NCBI RefSeq assembly: GCF_000020965.1
Contig: NC_011297.1
Location: 664,387 to 696,386, forward strand
DNA length: 32,000 nucleotides
Direction of reading: 5' to 3'
Source of the DNA: Dictyoglomus thermophilum H-6-12
Lineage (GTDB): Bacteria > Dictyoglomota > Dictyoglomia > Dictyoglomales > Dictyoglomaceae
Shown: in pieces, positions 1-8,988 of the stretch
Layout of the letters: the number at the start of each line of letters is the position of its first letter
Numbering within the stretch: the first letter of the stretch is position 1
Program-made: the position numbers and the translations under genes
The notes under the pieces: model-generated
The model's input: only the letters and a program-made list of their open reading frames with translations
What the model was told of the DNA's origin: nothing
Databases searched by the model: none

Positions 1-2474
1 AGCAAAAGAGGAAGTTTATGTCTACGGGATATTTCTCAAAGGTGGATGTTAACGAAGTAAAATCCGGAGAGGGTTTTATTGTAATTTTCAATTTTCAAGA
101 AAATCCTGTTCTAGAAAAGATAGAAGTTAAAGGCTTACAGAATTTAAGAAAAGAAGATGTTTTATCTATGATTGGGATTAAGGAAGGAATGTTAATATCA
201 GAAGATGATTTGATGGCTAAAAAAGAAGAGATAATAAGCTCAAATATGTTTTCAAAGGTAGAATTTAATATAACTAAAAAGGAAAATAAACTTTATCTAA
301 CTATTAACTTGGAGGAAAATCCACTTGTTTCTAAAGTGGGCTTGATTGGTAATAATAAGTCTAATATAAAAGATATTCAGGCAATCCTTTCTATAGTTGG
401 GGATATTTCGGAAAATACCATTATTTCAAAAAGTAGTATTTATTATTCTGAAGAGTTAATATCTTTATGGAAGGCTAAATTATTAGAAACGGGATATTTT
501 AAGAAGGTTGAACTAAATCCAAAAAGAGTGAATGAAAGGTCAGTAGAGGTTGAGATCACAGTTGTAGAAAATCCATGGGTTGTAGCTATAGATGTTAAGG
601 GACTAGTTAACCTTAAGAAAGAGAAGGTTATGGAAGTTATTTCGGGAAGAGGTAGAGGATTCTTAAATGATAACTACTTAAATGAACTGAAAGAAAAATT
701 GCTAAGTACTGGTTGGTTTTCTTCTGTTGACACTAAGTATGTTATAACTCCTAATAACTATGCATATATTACTTTAACAGTGGTAGAGAATCCTATTTTA
801 AAAAGCATTACATATTCAGGGTTAAGGCTTATTCCTGAAAAGGAAATTAAAAAGTACCGTATCTTAAAAGAAGGAGATTTTATTTCCGATGATAGGATAG
901 AGGAACAAATTACAAAATTTGAAAATATGGGGTATTTTTCCAAAGTAAGTGTGGAAAAGAGTGTAGAGAATGATAAAGTGAGTCTTAATTTTATCTTTAA
1001 TGAAAATCCAGAAGTTAAAAAAATTGTTTTTGAGGGGCTTTTGGGGGTATCAGAAAAGGAACTGAGACAAGTTTTGCTAAATAAAGAGGGATTACCTTTT
1101 AATTCGGTATTTTTAGATAAAGATGTTCAAAGTATTTTGAATCTATTGCAGAGCAAGGGGTATGTTTTTGCTTCTATTCAAAATGTAGTTTTCAACAATG
1201 AGGGAGAATTAATCTTTTACTTTAAAGACTATAAAGTAGAAGATATTCAGGTAGAGATAATACCCTCAACTGAAACTTCCGTTTTAAGTTTTCTTGCCAT
1301 ATTTAGAAGACCTACAGACAAGAACGTAGTAAAGAGAGAAATATCTTTGTCGGTGGGAGAATCGGTAAATATAGAGAAGATAAAGTCTGATCTTCAAAGG
1401 ATATATAATGTGGGGATATTTGAAGATGTCTCAGTTAGATTTGATAAAGGAAGTACTGAGGATAGTGTGAAAGTGGTTTATGTTGTAAAAGAGAAACTTT
1501 CGGGTTCTTTTAATTTTGGTGGTGGATATGCAACCGATGTAGGATTATATGGATTTGTTGAATACAAAGAGAAAAATTTATTTGGAAAAGCTCAACAGCT
1601 AAGTTTACAGCTCTCTTTGACTTCTTTGGCTAAAATTAATTATCAGTTAACTTTTATAGATCCATGGTTTTTAGGGGGTAGAAATGCCTTCCAGTTAGAT
1701 CTTTATGACAAAAAAGTAAATATTACTGATGCTACAACTTCCTCTACTTCTACTTTTGAAAAGGCAGGAGGGGCTTTTTCTTTTTCTTATCCTCTTGAGA
1801 ATTTCTGGAGCATAAGCCTAGGCTTCAAATATGAGAGTATTACTCCCATAGAATCATCCACAATGACGACCTCTACCACTGTGGGAAGCTTCAATGTAGG
1901 ATTGTGGAGGGATACTCGTGATTTCTATTTGAATCCTACACAGGGTTCTAGACAAGCTATTAGTATTGAGTTTGCAGGAGGAGGCAGTGAATCTAATTTC
2001 ATAAAATATAATGTGGATCTGCAATGGCATCTTCCTCTAACAAATAGAGAAAGTCCTATCTCTATTTCTCAGCAAAAGGAAAGGCAAGTTTTGTCTCTAA
2101 AGATAGGATTTGGTTTTGAAGAAGGAAATTTTCCATCCACAGAACTTTTTACTCTTGGAGGCACAAGTACGATAAGAGGTTTCTCTGATAACATCTTTAA
2201 GGGAGATACATACCTTCTTTTTAATATGCAATATAGAATCCCGTTAGGAAATAATTTATACGGTGTTTTATTTGTAGATTCAGGAAGTGCTTGGTATAGA
2301 CAGGATGTAACTTCATTGACAGATATTAAATTTTACACAGGCATTGGTTTAGGACTTAGATATGATACTCTTATTATTCCTATAAGAATTGACTTTGGTT
2401 ATAATTTTGGAAATGATCCTATAGCTCCTAATACTAAATGGAGAGTACACTTTAGTTTTGGTGATATTTTTTAG
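1..2474 (+). CDS. bamA: Omp85/BamA family outer-membrane assembly protein, 5' truncated by window edge, multiple POTRA repeats plus C-terminal beta-barrel
   Basis: ORF open upstream of the first ATG at 18 (frame reads QKRKF-MSTGYFSKV, mid-POTRA). Repeated 'GYFxKV ... ENPxVxxIxxxG' units; barrel has 'GGTSTIRGFSD' (IRGF motif) and ends in aromatic F. Confidence 0.9.
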   Translation, partial: QKRKFMSTGYFSKVDVNEVKSGEGFIVIFNFQENPVLEKIEVKGLQNLRKEDVLSMIGIKEGMLISEDDLMAKKEEIISSNMFSKVEFNITKKENKLYLTINLEENPLVSKVGLIGNNKSNIKDIQAILSIVGDISENTIISKSSIYYSEELISLWKAKLLETGYFKKVELNPKRVNERSVEVEITVVENPWVVAIDVKGLVNLKKEKVMEVISGRGRGFLNDNYLNELKEKLLSTGWFSSVDTKYVITPNNYAYITLTVVENPILKSITYSGLRLIPEKEIKKYRILKEGDFISDDRIEEQITKFENMGYFSKVSVEKSVENDKVSLNFIFNENPEVKKIVFEGLLGVSEKELRQVLLNKEGLPFNSVFLDKDVQSILNLLQSKGYVFASIQNVVFNNEGELIFYFKDYKVEDIQVEIIPSTETSVLSFLAIFRRPTDKNVVKREISLSVGESVNIEKIKSDLQRIYNVGIFEDVSVRFDKGSTEDSVKVVYVVKEKLSGSFNFGGGYATDVGLYGFVEYKEKNLFGKAQQLSLQLSLTSLAKINYQLTFIDPWFLGGRNAFQLDLYDKKVNITDATTSSTSTFEKAGGAFSFSYPLENFWSISLGFKYESITPIESSTMTTSTTVGSFNVGLWRDTRDFYLNPTQGSRQAISIEFAGGGSESNFIKYNVDLQWHLPLTNRESPISISQQKERQVLSLKIGFGFEEGNFPSTELFTLGGTSTIRGFSDNIFKGDTYLLFNMQYRIPLGNNLYGVLFVDSGSAWYRQDVTSLTDIKFYTGIGLGLRYDTLIIPIRIDFGYNFGNDPIAPNTKWRVHFSFGDIF

Positions 2475-2479
2475 AAGAA

Positions 2480-3958
2480 ATGGAGGGGTATAAATTGAGG
2501 AAGATTATTATTTTTACAATACTTATTTTTGGACTTTTAGGAGTGATATATGGGGATGAAAATTTTCTTATACAGGGAATAGTATTTGATGGTGTAAAAA
2601 ATGTACCTTATGATGTTCTGCAAAATAGCATTAATATAAAGGTTCTTAATACCTACTCAAAGGATTATATTGAGAAGGAAGTACAAAAACTTTTGAAAAC
2701 TGGCTATTTTAAATATCTGAGCTATGAACTTATTAAAAGAGATGTAGGATACGAATTAGTAATCCATGTGGAAGAATTACCACTTATTTCTAAAATTGTA
2801 TTTCCTGATACTAAACTTGTTTCTGTAGAGGAGATAAAAGGCATTCTTTATAGTAAAGAAAGAGGATTTTTTAATGAAGAAAAAACTAAAGAGGATTGCA
2901 GTAAGATTGAGGAATATTACTCAAAGAAGGGATTTGTTTTAGCAAAGAAACCAGAGTATTTCTTTAAGGATAACGTATTAACCTTTACCTGGGAGGAGCT
3001 TCCTCCTATAGGTAGAATTGAAGTAAAAGCAAAGAGTTATTGGGAAGAACCTTTAATAAAGCGTTACCTTAAAATAAATGTTGGCGATTATTTAAATATG
3101 AATAAAATAGAGGAGCTAAACGACCTCTTTAACAAGAAAAATATAAAGATCAAAGTTCAACCAGAGTGGAAGATTGAAAAAGAGAGTACTATTTTATATC
3201 TTAACGTGGTATATTTACCCCCTCGAGAAATATCTCTTTCTTATAATTACAATGAATCCACCGATCTAAGTTTAGGATATTTTTGGGGAAATGTTGGTTA
3301 TATAAAAGGATTTGTGTCTTCTAATCTTCAGGGAAGTATTGATTATGGGATTAGTTTGCAAAGTTATTATCTTGATTTGAATATAAACAATAAAGACTAC
3401 AGTGTTGCTTTAAAAAGACAGATGTCAAAAACAAATAATATTGAAGCGGAGTTAGGATATAGAGGGAGTTTTGTGATAAATGATAAGGCTTTGTTTATTT
3501 ATTTTACTCAAGATTTATTAAAAACTGATAATAATGTACCAGAGTCTGGAAGATATGTGAGGATAGGTTTGGATTTCCATGGTGGTGGATCTTTATTCAA
3601 TTTCTCAATCTTATCTTTTGAGGGTAAATATTATCTGACTTTAGGACAAGGATTAGATAGAAAGATAATTGGATTTGAAGGTGATTTAAAATATCCTTTG
3701 GGTAATTCTCCAGAAAGTGGAAATTTAGGGATAAGGTTATTGTATACTATACCCTTAGGAAATAACGCATATGTAAGTTTAAAAGTAGGAGGTGGTAGTA
3801 ATTTTGATAATTTAAGTTCGCTTTCAGATTTAAAATTTAATATTTTAGGTGGTATTGATTTAGTTAGTTCTCAAAGATTTGTGGATTACTCTATAAATTT
3901 AGAAAGTGATTTTGTGAATATCTTGAAGTTTAAAGCTGAGACAAAAATAAAATTTTAG
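2480..3958 (+). CDS. Compact Omp85/surface-antigen-like protein with POTRA-like repeats and a divergent C-terminal beta-barrel
   Basis: Signal peptide (IIIFTILIFGLLGVIYG), 'LLKTGYFKYLSYEL' and 'EELPLISKIVFPD' POTRA-like motifs, alternating beta-rich C-terminus, adjacent to bamA-like gene. Confidence 0.7.
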   Translation: MEGYKLRKIIIFTILIFGLLGVIYGDENFLIQGIVFDGVKNVPYDVLQNSINIKVLNTYSKDYIEKEVQKLLKTGYFKYLSYELIKRDVGYELVIHVEELPLISKIVFPDTKLVSVEEIKGILYSKERGFFNEEKTKEDCSKIEEYYSKKGFVLAKKPEYFFKDNVLTFTWEELPPIGRIEVKAKSYWEEPLIKRYLKINVGDYLNMNKIEELNDLFNKKNIKIKVQPEWKIEKESTILYLNVVYLPPREISLSYNYNESTDLSLGYFWGNVGYIKGFVSSNLQGSIDYGISLQSYYLDLNINNKDYSVALKRQMSKTNNIEAELGYRGSFVINDKALFIYFTQDLLKTDNNVPESGRYVRIGLDFHGGGSLFNFSILSFEGKYYLTLGQGLDRKIIGFEGDLKYPLGNSPESGNLGIRLLYTIPLGNNAYVSLKVGGGSNFDNLSSLSDLKFNILGGIDLVSSQRFVDYSINLESDFVNILKFKAETKIKF

Positions 3959-3970
3959 GAGGCGTATAAA

Positions 3971-4438
3971 ATGAAGAAATATGGATTTTTAGCTTTAGTT
4001 CTATTAATCTCAGTAGCCTTTGTTTTCGTTGGTTTAAAGATTGTTGGAGCACAAACTCAACAGCCCAAGATAGCCTATATTGATGAAGATAAACTTCTTA
4101 GAAATTATCAGCCCTTTATGAATGCTTACAATAAGTATCAACAGGAATACCAAGATAGGTTAAATAAGATAGCAGAGGCTCAAAAGGCAGGAAAGTCTCA
4201 GGATGAAATTAAAAAGTTGTCAGATCAGTATGATAAAGAATTAGAACCTTACAAACAGGCAGTACAGAAGGTATTGGAAAATTTGAGAAAGACTTTAGAT
4301 GGTATTTTTGCTGATCTTTCTAAAAAAGAGGGATATATAGCAGTTCTAACCAAGTCCGTTCAGGGGCAAGATGTAGTTATATGGGGTGGTGTTGATATTA
4401 CAGATAAAGTCATAAAAATACTTTCAGGTAGTAAATAG
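3971..4438 (+). CDS. OmpH/Skp-like periplasmic chaperone
   Basis: N-terminal membrane/signal segment, 'KIAYIDEDKLLRNY', coiled-coil helix, C-terminal 'VVIWGGVDITDKVIKIL'; position after bamA. Confidence 0.8.
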   Translation: MKKYGFLALVLLISVAFVFVGLKIVGAQTQQPKIAYIDEDKLLRNYQPFMNAYNKYQQEYQDRLNKIAEAQKAGKSQDEIKKLSDQYDKELEPYKQAVQKVLENLRKTLDGIFADLSKKEGYIAVLTKSVQGQDVVIWGGVDITDKVIKILSGSK

Positions 4439-4440
4439 AT

Positions 4441-4863
4441 ATGAGAAGAGGTAAGTTATTTCCAATCTTGTTTTTGAGTTTGATTTTTACTTTTAGTGTC
4501 ATATCTTCTACTCAAACCTTAAATGTTGGTGTATTGGATTATTCTAAGGTTTTCATGGAGTATAAAGAAACAAAAACTGTTCAGAATGAGATAAAGAAAA
4601 GGCAGGAAGCGATAGAAAAGTTGATCGAGAATTACAAGAAAAAGGGTATGAGTGAGAAGGAGATTAACGAATATAGGGTAAAAGAGGAGAAAAAGTTGGG
4701 TGATTTTGTGGAGGAAGCAAGGCAAAGGATAAGGACTAAAATTTATAAAGAGGTCGAAAAAGTAGCTAAGTCCAAAAAATTGTCGGTAGTTTTAGAGAGG
4801 AAAGTAAGAATTTGGGGTGGAATTGATATTACGACAGAAGTTTTGAATAATTTGAATAAGTGA
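4441..4863 (+). CDS. OmpH/Skp-like periplasmic chaperone, second copy
   Basis: Signal peptide, 'NVGVLDYSKVFMEYKE', coiled coil, C-terminal 'VRIWGGIDITTEVLNNL' matching the preceding paralog. Confidence 0.8.
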   Translation: MRRGKLFPILFLSLIFTFSVISSTQTLNVGVLDYSKVFMEYKETKTVQNEIKKRQEAIEKLIENYKKKGMSEKEINEYRVKEEKKLGDFVEEARQRIRTKIYKEVEKVAKSKKLSVVLERKVRIWGGIDITTEVLNNLNK

Positions 4864-4875
4864 AGGTGAATCTAT

Positions 4876-5889
4876 ATGCTTCTTAGCGAGATTGCAAAGA
4901 TTATTGGGGGAGAATTAACTGGTGAGGATATGGAGATAGAAAAAGTAGCAGAGTGGGAGTCTGCTACAGAGAGGGATCTTGTCTTTGTTTTTAAAAGTAA
5001 AGATGTGGCAGAAATCGAAGATAAAACAAGGGCAAGGTCTCTCGTGATTCCTTCTGATGGGAAAGCAAAAAAGACCCATATAAAAGTTGAGGATCCAAAA
5101 CTTGCCATGGCAAAAATTCTAAAGTTTTTTGATTTTAGAGTTTATCCATCAGGTATTCATAATACTGCTGTTTTGGGAAATAATGTGGAACTTGGGGAAA
5201 ATACAGGTATAGGAGCCTATGTGGTTATAGGGAATAATGTAAAGATAGGGGCAGGAACCAAAATTTTTCCAGGGGTAGTAATAGGAAATAACGTAGAGAT
5301 TGGGGAAAATTGTATTATTTATCCTCGTAATACTATTTATGATCATGTAATAATTGGGAATAATGTGATAATCCATTCGGGTTGTAGCATTGGCGTCGAT
5401 GGTTTTGGATATGTTTGGGATGGAAAGGAACATTTTAAAATTACTCATATAGGGAAAGTAATTATTGAAGATAATGTGGAAATTGGTGGAAATACAGTAA
5501 TCGAAAGAGCGACTTTAGGAGAGACTCGAATAGGAAAGGGCACTAAAATAGGATCATTGATAATGATAGGACATAATGTTAAGATCGGTGAAAATTGCGT
5601 TATAGTAAGCCAAAGTGGTATAGCAGGAAGTAGCATTCTTGGAAATGGTGTAATAATGGCAGGACAAAGCGGTGTTTCTGACCATGTAAAGGTGGGAAAT
5701 AATGTAGTAATTTTAGCAAAGAGTGGTGTAACGAAGGATGTGCCTGATAATACAGTAGTCTCAGGTTTTCCTGCAAGGCCTCATAGCGAAGAGATGAAAG
5801 TTCAGGCAATTTTAAGGAAACTTCCTGAACTTTGGGAAGAAATAAGAAAGTTGAGGGAAAAAATTGGGCAAACAGGCAACAATAAGTAA
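4876..5889 (+). CDS. lpxD: UDP-3-O-acylglucosamine N-acyltransferase
   Basis: N-terminal domain plus left-handed beta-helix hexapeptide repeats, 'CSIGVDGFGY', 'GNTVIERATLGETRIGKGTKI'; lpx operon context. Confidence 0.95.
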   Translation: MLLSEIAKIIGGELTGEDMEIEKVAEWESATERDLVFVFKSKDVAEIEDKTRARSLVIPSDGKAKKTHIKVEDPKLAMAKILKFFDFRVYPSGIHNTAVLGNNVELGENTGIGAYVVIGNNVKIGAGTKIFPGVVIGNNVEIGENCIIYPRNTIYDHVIIGNNVIIHSGCSIGVDGFGYVWDGKEHFKITHIGKVIIEDNVEIGGNTVIERATLGETRIGKGTKIGSLIMIGHNVKIGENCVIVSQSGIAGSSILGNGVIMAGQSGVSDHVKVGNNVVILAKSGVTKDVPDNTVVSGFPARPHSEEMKVQAILRKLPELWEEIRKLREKIGQTGNNK

Positions 5890-6703
5890 TTCTTTTACTG
5901 CTGAAGGAAAGGGTTTACATATAGGAGGTTTTTCTAAGTTAACTTTTGAACCTGCTCCTATTGATACAGGGATAGTCTTTATAAAAGAAGGGATAAAGGT
6001 TCCTGCTCTTTATAATTATGTTTTTGATACTAAAAGACGAGTTGTATTAGGTAATAAGGATAAGCTTATCTCTACTGTAGAACACTTGCTTTCAGCTATA
6101 TACGCTTTAGGTATATCAAACTTATTTATATATGTGGAAGGTGACGAAATACCAATTTTGGATGGAAGTTCTGTTAAGTGGTGTGAATTGTTGTATAATG
6201 CTGGAATTAAAATTCAAGATGCTGAAAGAAGATCATTTTCTTTGATGGATAGTGTTTTGATAAGGGATGGTAATGGGTTATTGCTTCTTTTTCCATCGGA
6301 AAGATTGGAGATTTTATGTGCCATATCTTTCCCTAAATCCTTTATTAAATGGCAAAGGTTTTATTTAGATTCTTTAGATAAGTATTTTAATGAGATTGCT
6401 CCTGCAAGAACCTTTGGATTTTATTACGAAGTAGAAGATTTGATTAAGAGAGGATTAATATCAGGGGCAGACCTTGAAAATGCCTTGTTAGTTGGAGAAG
6501 AGGGATATGTTAATTTACCAAGGTTTTTTGATGAGCCTGTAAGACACAAAATCTTGGATATAATTGGTGACTTCTCTTTGTTGGGAATGGATTTAAAAAT
6601 GAGGGTTATTTCCATAGGTTCAGGCCATTCTTTACATATAAAAGCTCTTGAGATTATAAGTAATAAATTTATTGAAGGGGGAAGGGAGTTTGAAAGAAGT
6701 TAA
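5864..6703 (+). CDS. lpxC: UDP-3-O-acyl-N-acetylglucosamine deacetylase
   Basis: 'EGKGLHIGG', 'STVEHLLSAIYALGISN', 'PILDGSS', 'ARTFGF', 'HKILDIIGDFSLLG' motifs. Start codon appears to be TTG at 5864, overlapping the lpxD 3' end. Confidence 0.95.
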   Translation: MGKQATISNSFTAEGKGLHIGGFSKLTFEPAPIDTGIVFIKEGIKVPALYNYVFDTKRRVVLGNKDKLISTVEHLLSAIYALGISNLFIYVEGDEIPILDGSSVKWCELLYNAGIKIQDAERRSFSLMDSVLIRDGNGLLLLFPSERLEILCAISFPKSFIKWQRFYLDSLDKYFNEIAPARTFGFYYEVEDLIKRGLISGADLENALLVGEEGYVNLPRFFDEPVRHKILDIIGDFSLLGMDLKMRVISIGSGHSLHIKALEIISNKFIEGGREFERS

Positions 6704-7124
6704 CATATTAAATATCTTGCCTCATAGATTTCCCTTTCTTTTTGTGGATAAGGTTATTGATTATAAAGAAGGAGAAAATCTTAGAGCTGTTAAAAATGTT
6801 TCTTACAATGATTATTTCTTTATGGGCCATTTTCCTCAAAGACCTGTTATGCCTGGAGTCTTAATTGTTGAAGCTTTAGCACAAGCTTGTGGGCTTTTAC
6901 TTTATCTTAGTTATGGTGAAGGAAAAGATCCTAATAGTTTTATGGCCTATCTTGCCGGTATTAATAATTTTAAGTTTAGAAGAAATGTATTACCTGGAGA
7001 TATTTTAATTCTCGAAGTCAAAATTAAACAAACTCTAAGAAATATTTATAAATTAGATGCAAGGGCTTTTGTGGATGATAAGTTAGTGGCTGAGGGTGAG
7101 ATTACAATAGCTTTAGGGGGCTAA
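6690..7124 (+). CDS. fabZ: 3-hydroxyacyl-[acyl-carrier-protein] dehydratase
   Basis: 'LPHRFPFLFVDKV', 'GHFPQRPVMPGVLIVEALAQ' hotdog-fold active-site motifs. ORF track starts at TTG 6672; TTG at 6690 gives MKEVNILNILPHRFPF and is more plausible. Confidence 0.93.
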   Translation: MKEVNILNILPHRFPFLFVDKVIDYKEGENLRAVKNVSYNDYFFMGHFPQRPVMPGVLIVEALAQACGLLLYLSYGEGKDPNSFMAYLAGINNFKFRRNVLPGDILILEVKIKQTLRNIYKLDARAFVDDKLVAEGEITIALGG

Positions 7125-7126
7125 CA

Positions 7127-7900
7127 ATGAATTCGATAATTAGCGACAAAGCGGAGATAGGAGAAAAAGTTGAAATAGGTCCCTTTTGTGTCATAGAGGA
7201 AGGAGTTAAAATAGGCAAAAATACAAGGATCGAGTCTTTTGTTCATATTAAAAAAGGGACCATTATAGGAGAAAATTGTCATATACATTCAGGATGTGTT
7301 TTAGGAGATATTCCTCAGGATTTGAGCTTTAAAAATGAAGAGAGCTTTTTAATCATTGGTAATAATGTAACCATACGAGAAAATTGTGTATTTCATAGGG
7401 CTACGGGAGAAGGTAATGTTACAGTAATTGGAGATAACTGTTATTTGATGGCATATGTTCATGTGGCTCATAATGTTAAAATAGGTAATAATGTGATAAT
7501 AGCAAATGGTACTCAACTTGCGGGTTATGTGGAGGTAGAAGATAGGGCTTTTATAAGTGGACTTGTAACTGTTCATCAGTTTGTGAGAATTGGAAGTTAT
7601 GCCATGGTAGGTGCTTCTACAAAGCTTGTTAAGGATGTTCTTCCTTACTCTCTATGTGATGGAAATCCTGCAAAGGTATATGGTATAAACGTTGTGGGAT
7701 TGAGAAGAAATAATTTTTCTACTGAAAAAATAAGGACAATAAGGTTGCTATTTCATTTGATATATGATAAAAATCTTTCTTTTGAAAAAAGGCTGGAGCT
7801 TCTAAAAAATAGGGAAGAAGAAGAGGCAAAAATTCTGTATCAGTTTATTATAAGATCAAAACGTGGAATAACCGATGCATCTTGGAGGAGTGAAGAATGA
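7127..7900 (+). CDS. lpxA: Acyl-[ACP]-UDP-N-acetylglucosamine O-acyltransferase
   Basis: Hexapeptide repeats, 'YVHVAHNVKIGNNVIIANGTQLAGYVEV', 'GLVTVHQFVRIG' typical of LpxA. Confidence 0.95.
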   Translation: MNSIISDKAEIGEKVEIGPFCVIEEGVKIGKNTRIESFVHIKKGTIIGENCHIHSGCVLGDIPQDLSFKNEESFLIIGNNVTIRENCVFHRATGEGNVTVIGDNCYLMAYVHVAHNVKIGNNVIIANGTQLAGYVEVEDRAFISGLVTVHQFVRIGSYAMVGASTKLVKDVLPYSLCDGNPAKVYGINVVGLRRNNFSTEKIRTIRLLFHLIYDKNLSFEKRLELLKNREEEEAKILYQFIIRSKRGITDASWRSEE

Positions 7901-8988
7901 AAATATTTCTATCGGCATTAGAGGTTTCGGCTGATATTCATGGTGCAAAATTAATAAATGCATTAAAAAACAAAGCTAAAAATATATATTTCTATGGACT
8001 TGGTGGAGAGAGGATGAAAGAAGAAGGGATGGAAGTATTATACGACGTAACTCAATATAGTACTGTTGGTTTTGTAGAACCTATTCCTTATATTCCAAAA
8101 CTTTTATTAGTTCAAGAAAGGGTTAAAAGGATAATTAAGGAGACGAAACCTGATTTAATAATTTTTATAGATGCTCAGGGATTTAATTTGCCCCTTGCGA
8201 AATATGCTAAAAAATTAGGTTTGAAAACAATCTATTATTTTGCTCCTCAATATTGGCTTTGGGGAGATAAGAAAAAGGTAAAAGAGGTCTTAGATAGTCT
8301 CTCTTATGTTATTGCTACTTTTCCTCAAGAATATGAATTATATAGAAGCTTTGGAGACAATGTAGTATATTATGGTCATCCTCTGGTAGATTATCTACTG
8401 CCCTATAAAGATCTTGAACGGGAAAAAAATATCATAGGACTTTTCCCAGGCAGTAGAATTCAAGAGATTAAAAATTTGACTCCTATTTTTTTAGAGATAG
8501 CTGATAGATTGAAAGTAAATGGATACAGATTTGTAATGCCTATTGCCTCTGAAAAATTCTCTAATTTAGTTTTTGAGTATGTAAGGGGCAAAGATCATAT
8601 AGAATTAGTTTCTGGAAAAGAGAGTCAGAAATATTTAAAGATTTCATCTTTGAGTCTTGTGGCTTCTGGTACTGTAACCTTAGAGGCAGCTATTTTAAAA
8701 ACTCCTGCTATGGTTTTTTATAAAATCTCTCCTGTAACTTATCATATTGCTAAAAGACTTGTTCACTATACCTTTATAGCACTGCCCAATATTATTCTTA
8801 ACCAGATGATTTACCCGGAATTTATTCAGAAGATTGATATAGAAGAAGTAATGACTAATATAGGAAGAATTTTAAAGGACGATATTTATAGAAAAAATTT
8901 AGAAGATAAATTAAAAGAGTTAGAGACTAAGTTAGGACAACCTGGAGTTTTGGACAGAATTTCAAACTTTATTTTAGAAATAATATGA
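7897..8988 (+). CDS. lpxB: Lipid-A-disaccharide synthase
   Basis: 'LSALEVSADIHGAKL', 'GLGGERM', 'SVGFVEPI', 'QYWLWGDKK', 'LFPGSRIQEI', 'SGTVTLEAAILKTPAMVFYK'. 4-bp ATGA overlap with next gene. Confidence 0.95.
   Translation: MKIFLSALEVSADIHGAKLINALKNKAKNIYFYGLGGERMKEEGMEVLYDVTQYSTVGFVEPIPYIPKLLLVQERVKRIIKETKPDLIIFIDAQGFNLPLAKYAKKLGLKTIYYFAPQYWLWGDKKKVKEVLDSLSYVIATFPQEYELYRSFGDNVVYYGHPLVDYLLPYKDLEREKNIIGLFPGSRIQEIKNLTPIFLEIADRLKVNGYRFVMPIASEKFSNLVFEYVRGKDHIELVSGKESQKYLKISSLSLVASGTVTLEAAILKTPAMVFYKISPVTYHIAKRLVHYTFIALPNIILNQMIYPEFIQKIDIEEVMTNIGRILKDDIYRKNLEDKLKELETKLGQPGVLDRISNFILEII

Noticed and set aside
5100-5760. Apparent DNA-level direct repeats (GGxAATAATGTxxxxATxGG)
   Set aside because: Explained by the LpxD left-handed beta-helix hexapeptide repeats; similarly in lpxA.
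4872-5809. Several antisense ORFs (4872-5108, 5149-5448, 5445-5636, 5600-5809) over lpxD
   Set aside because: The repetitive hexapeptide coding sequence creates open antisense frames; no independent coding evidence.
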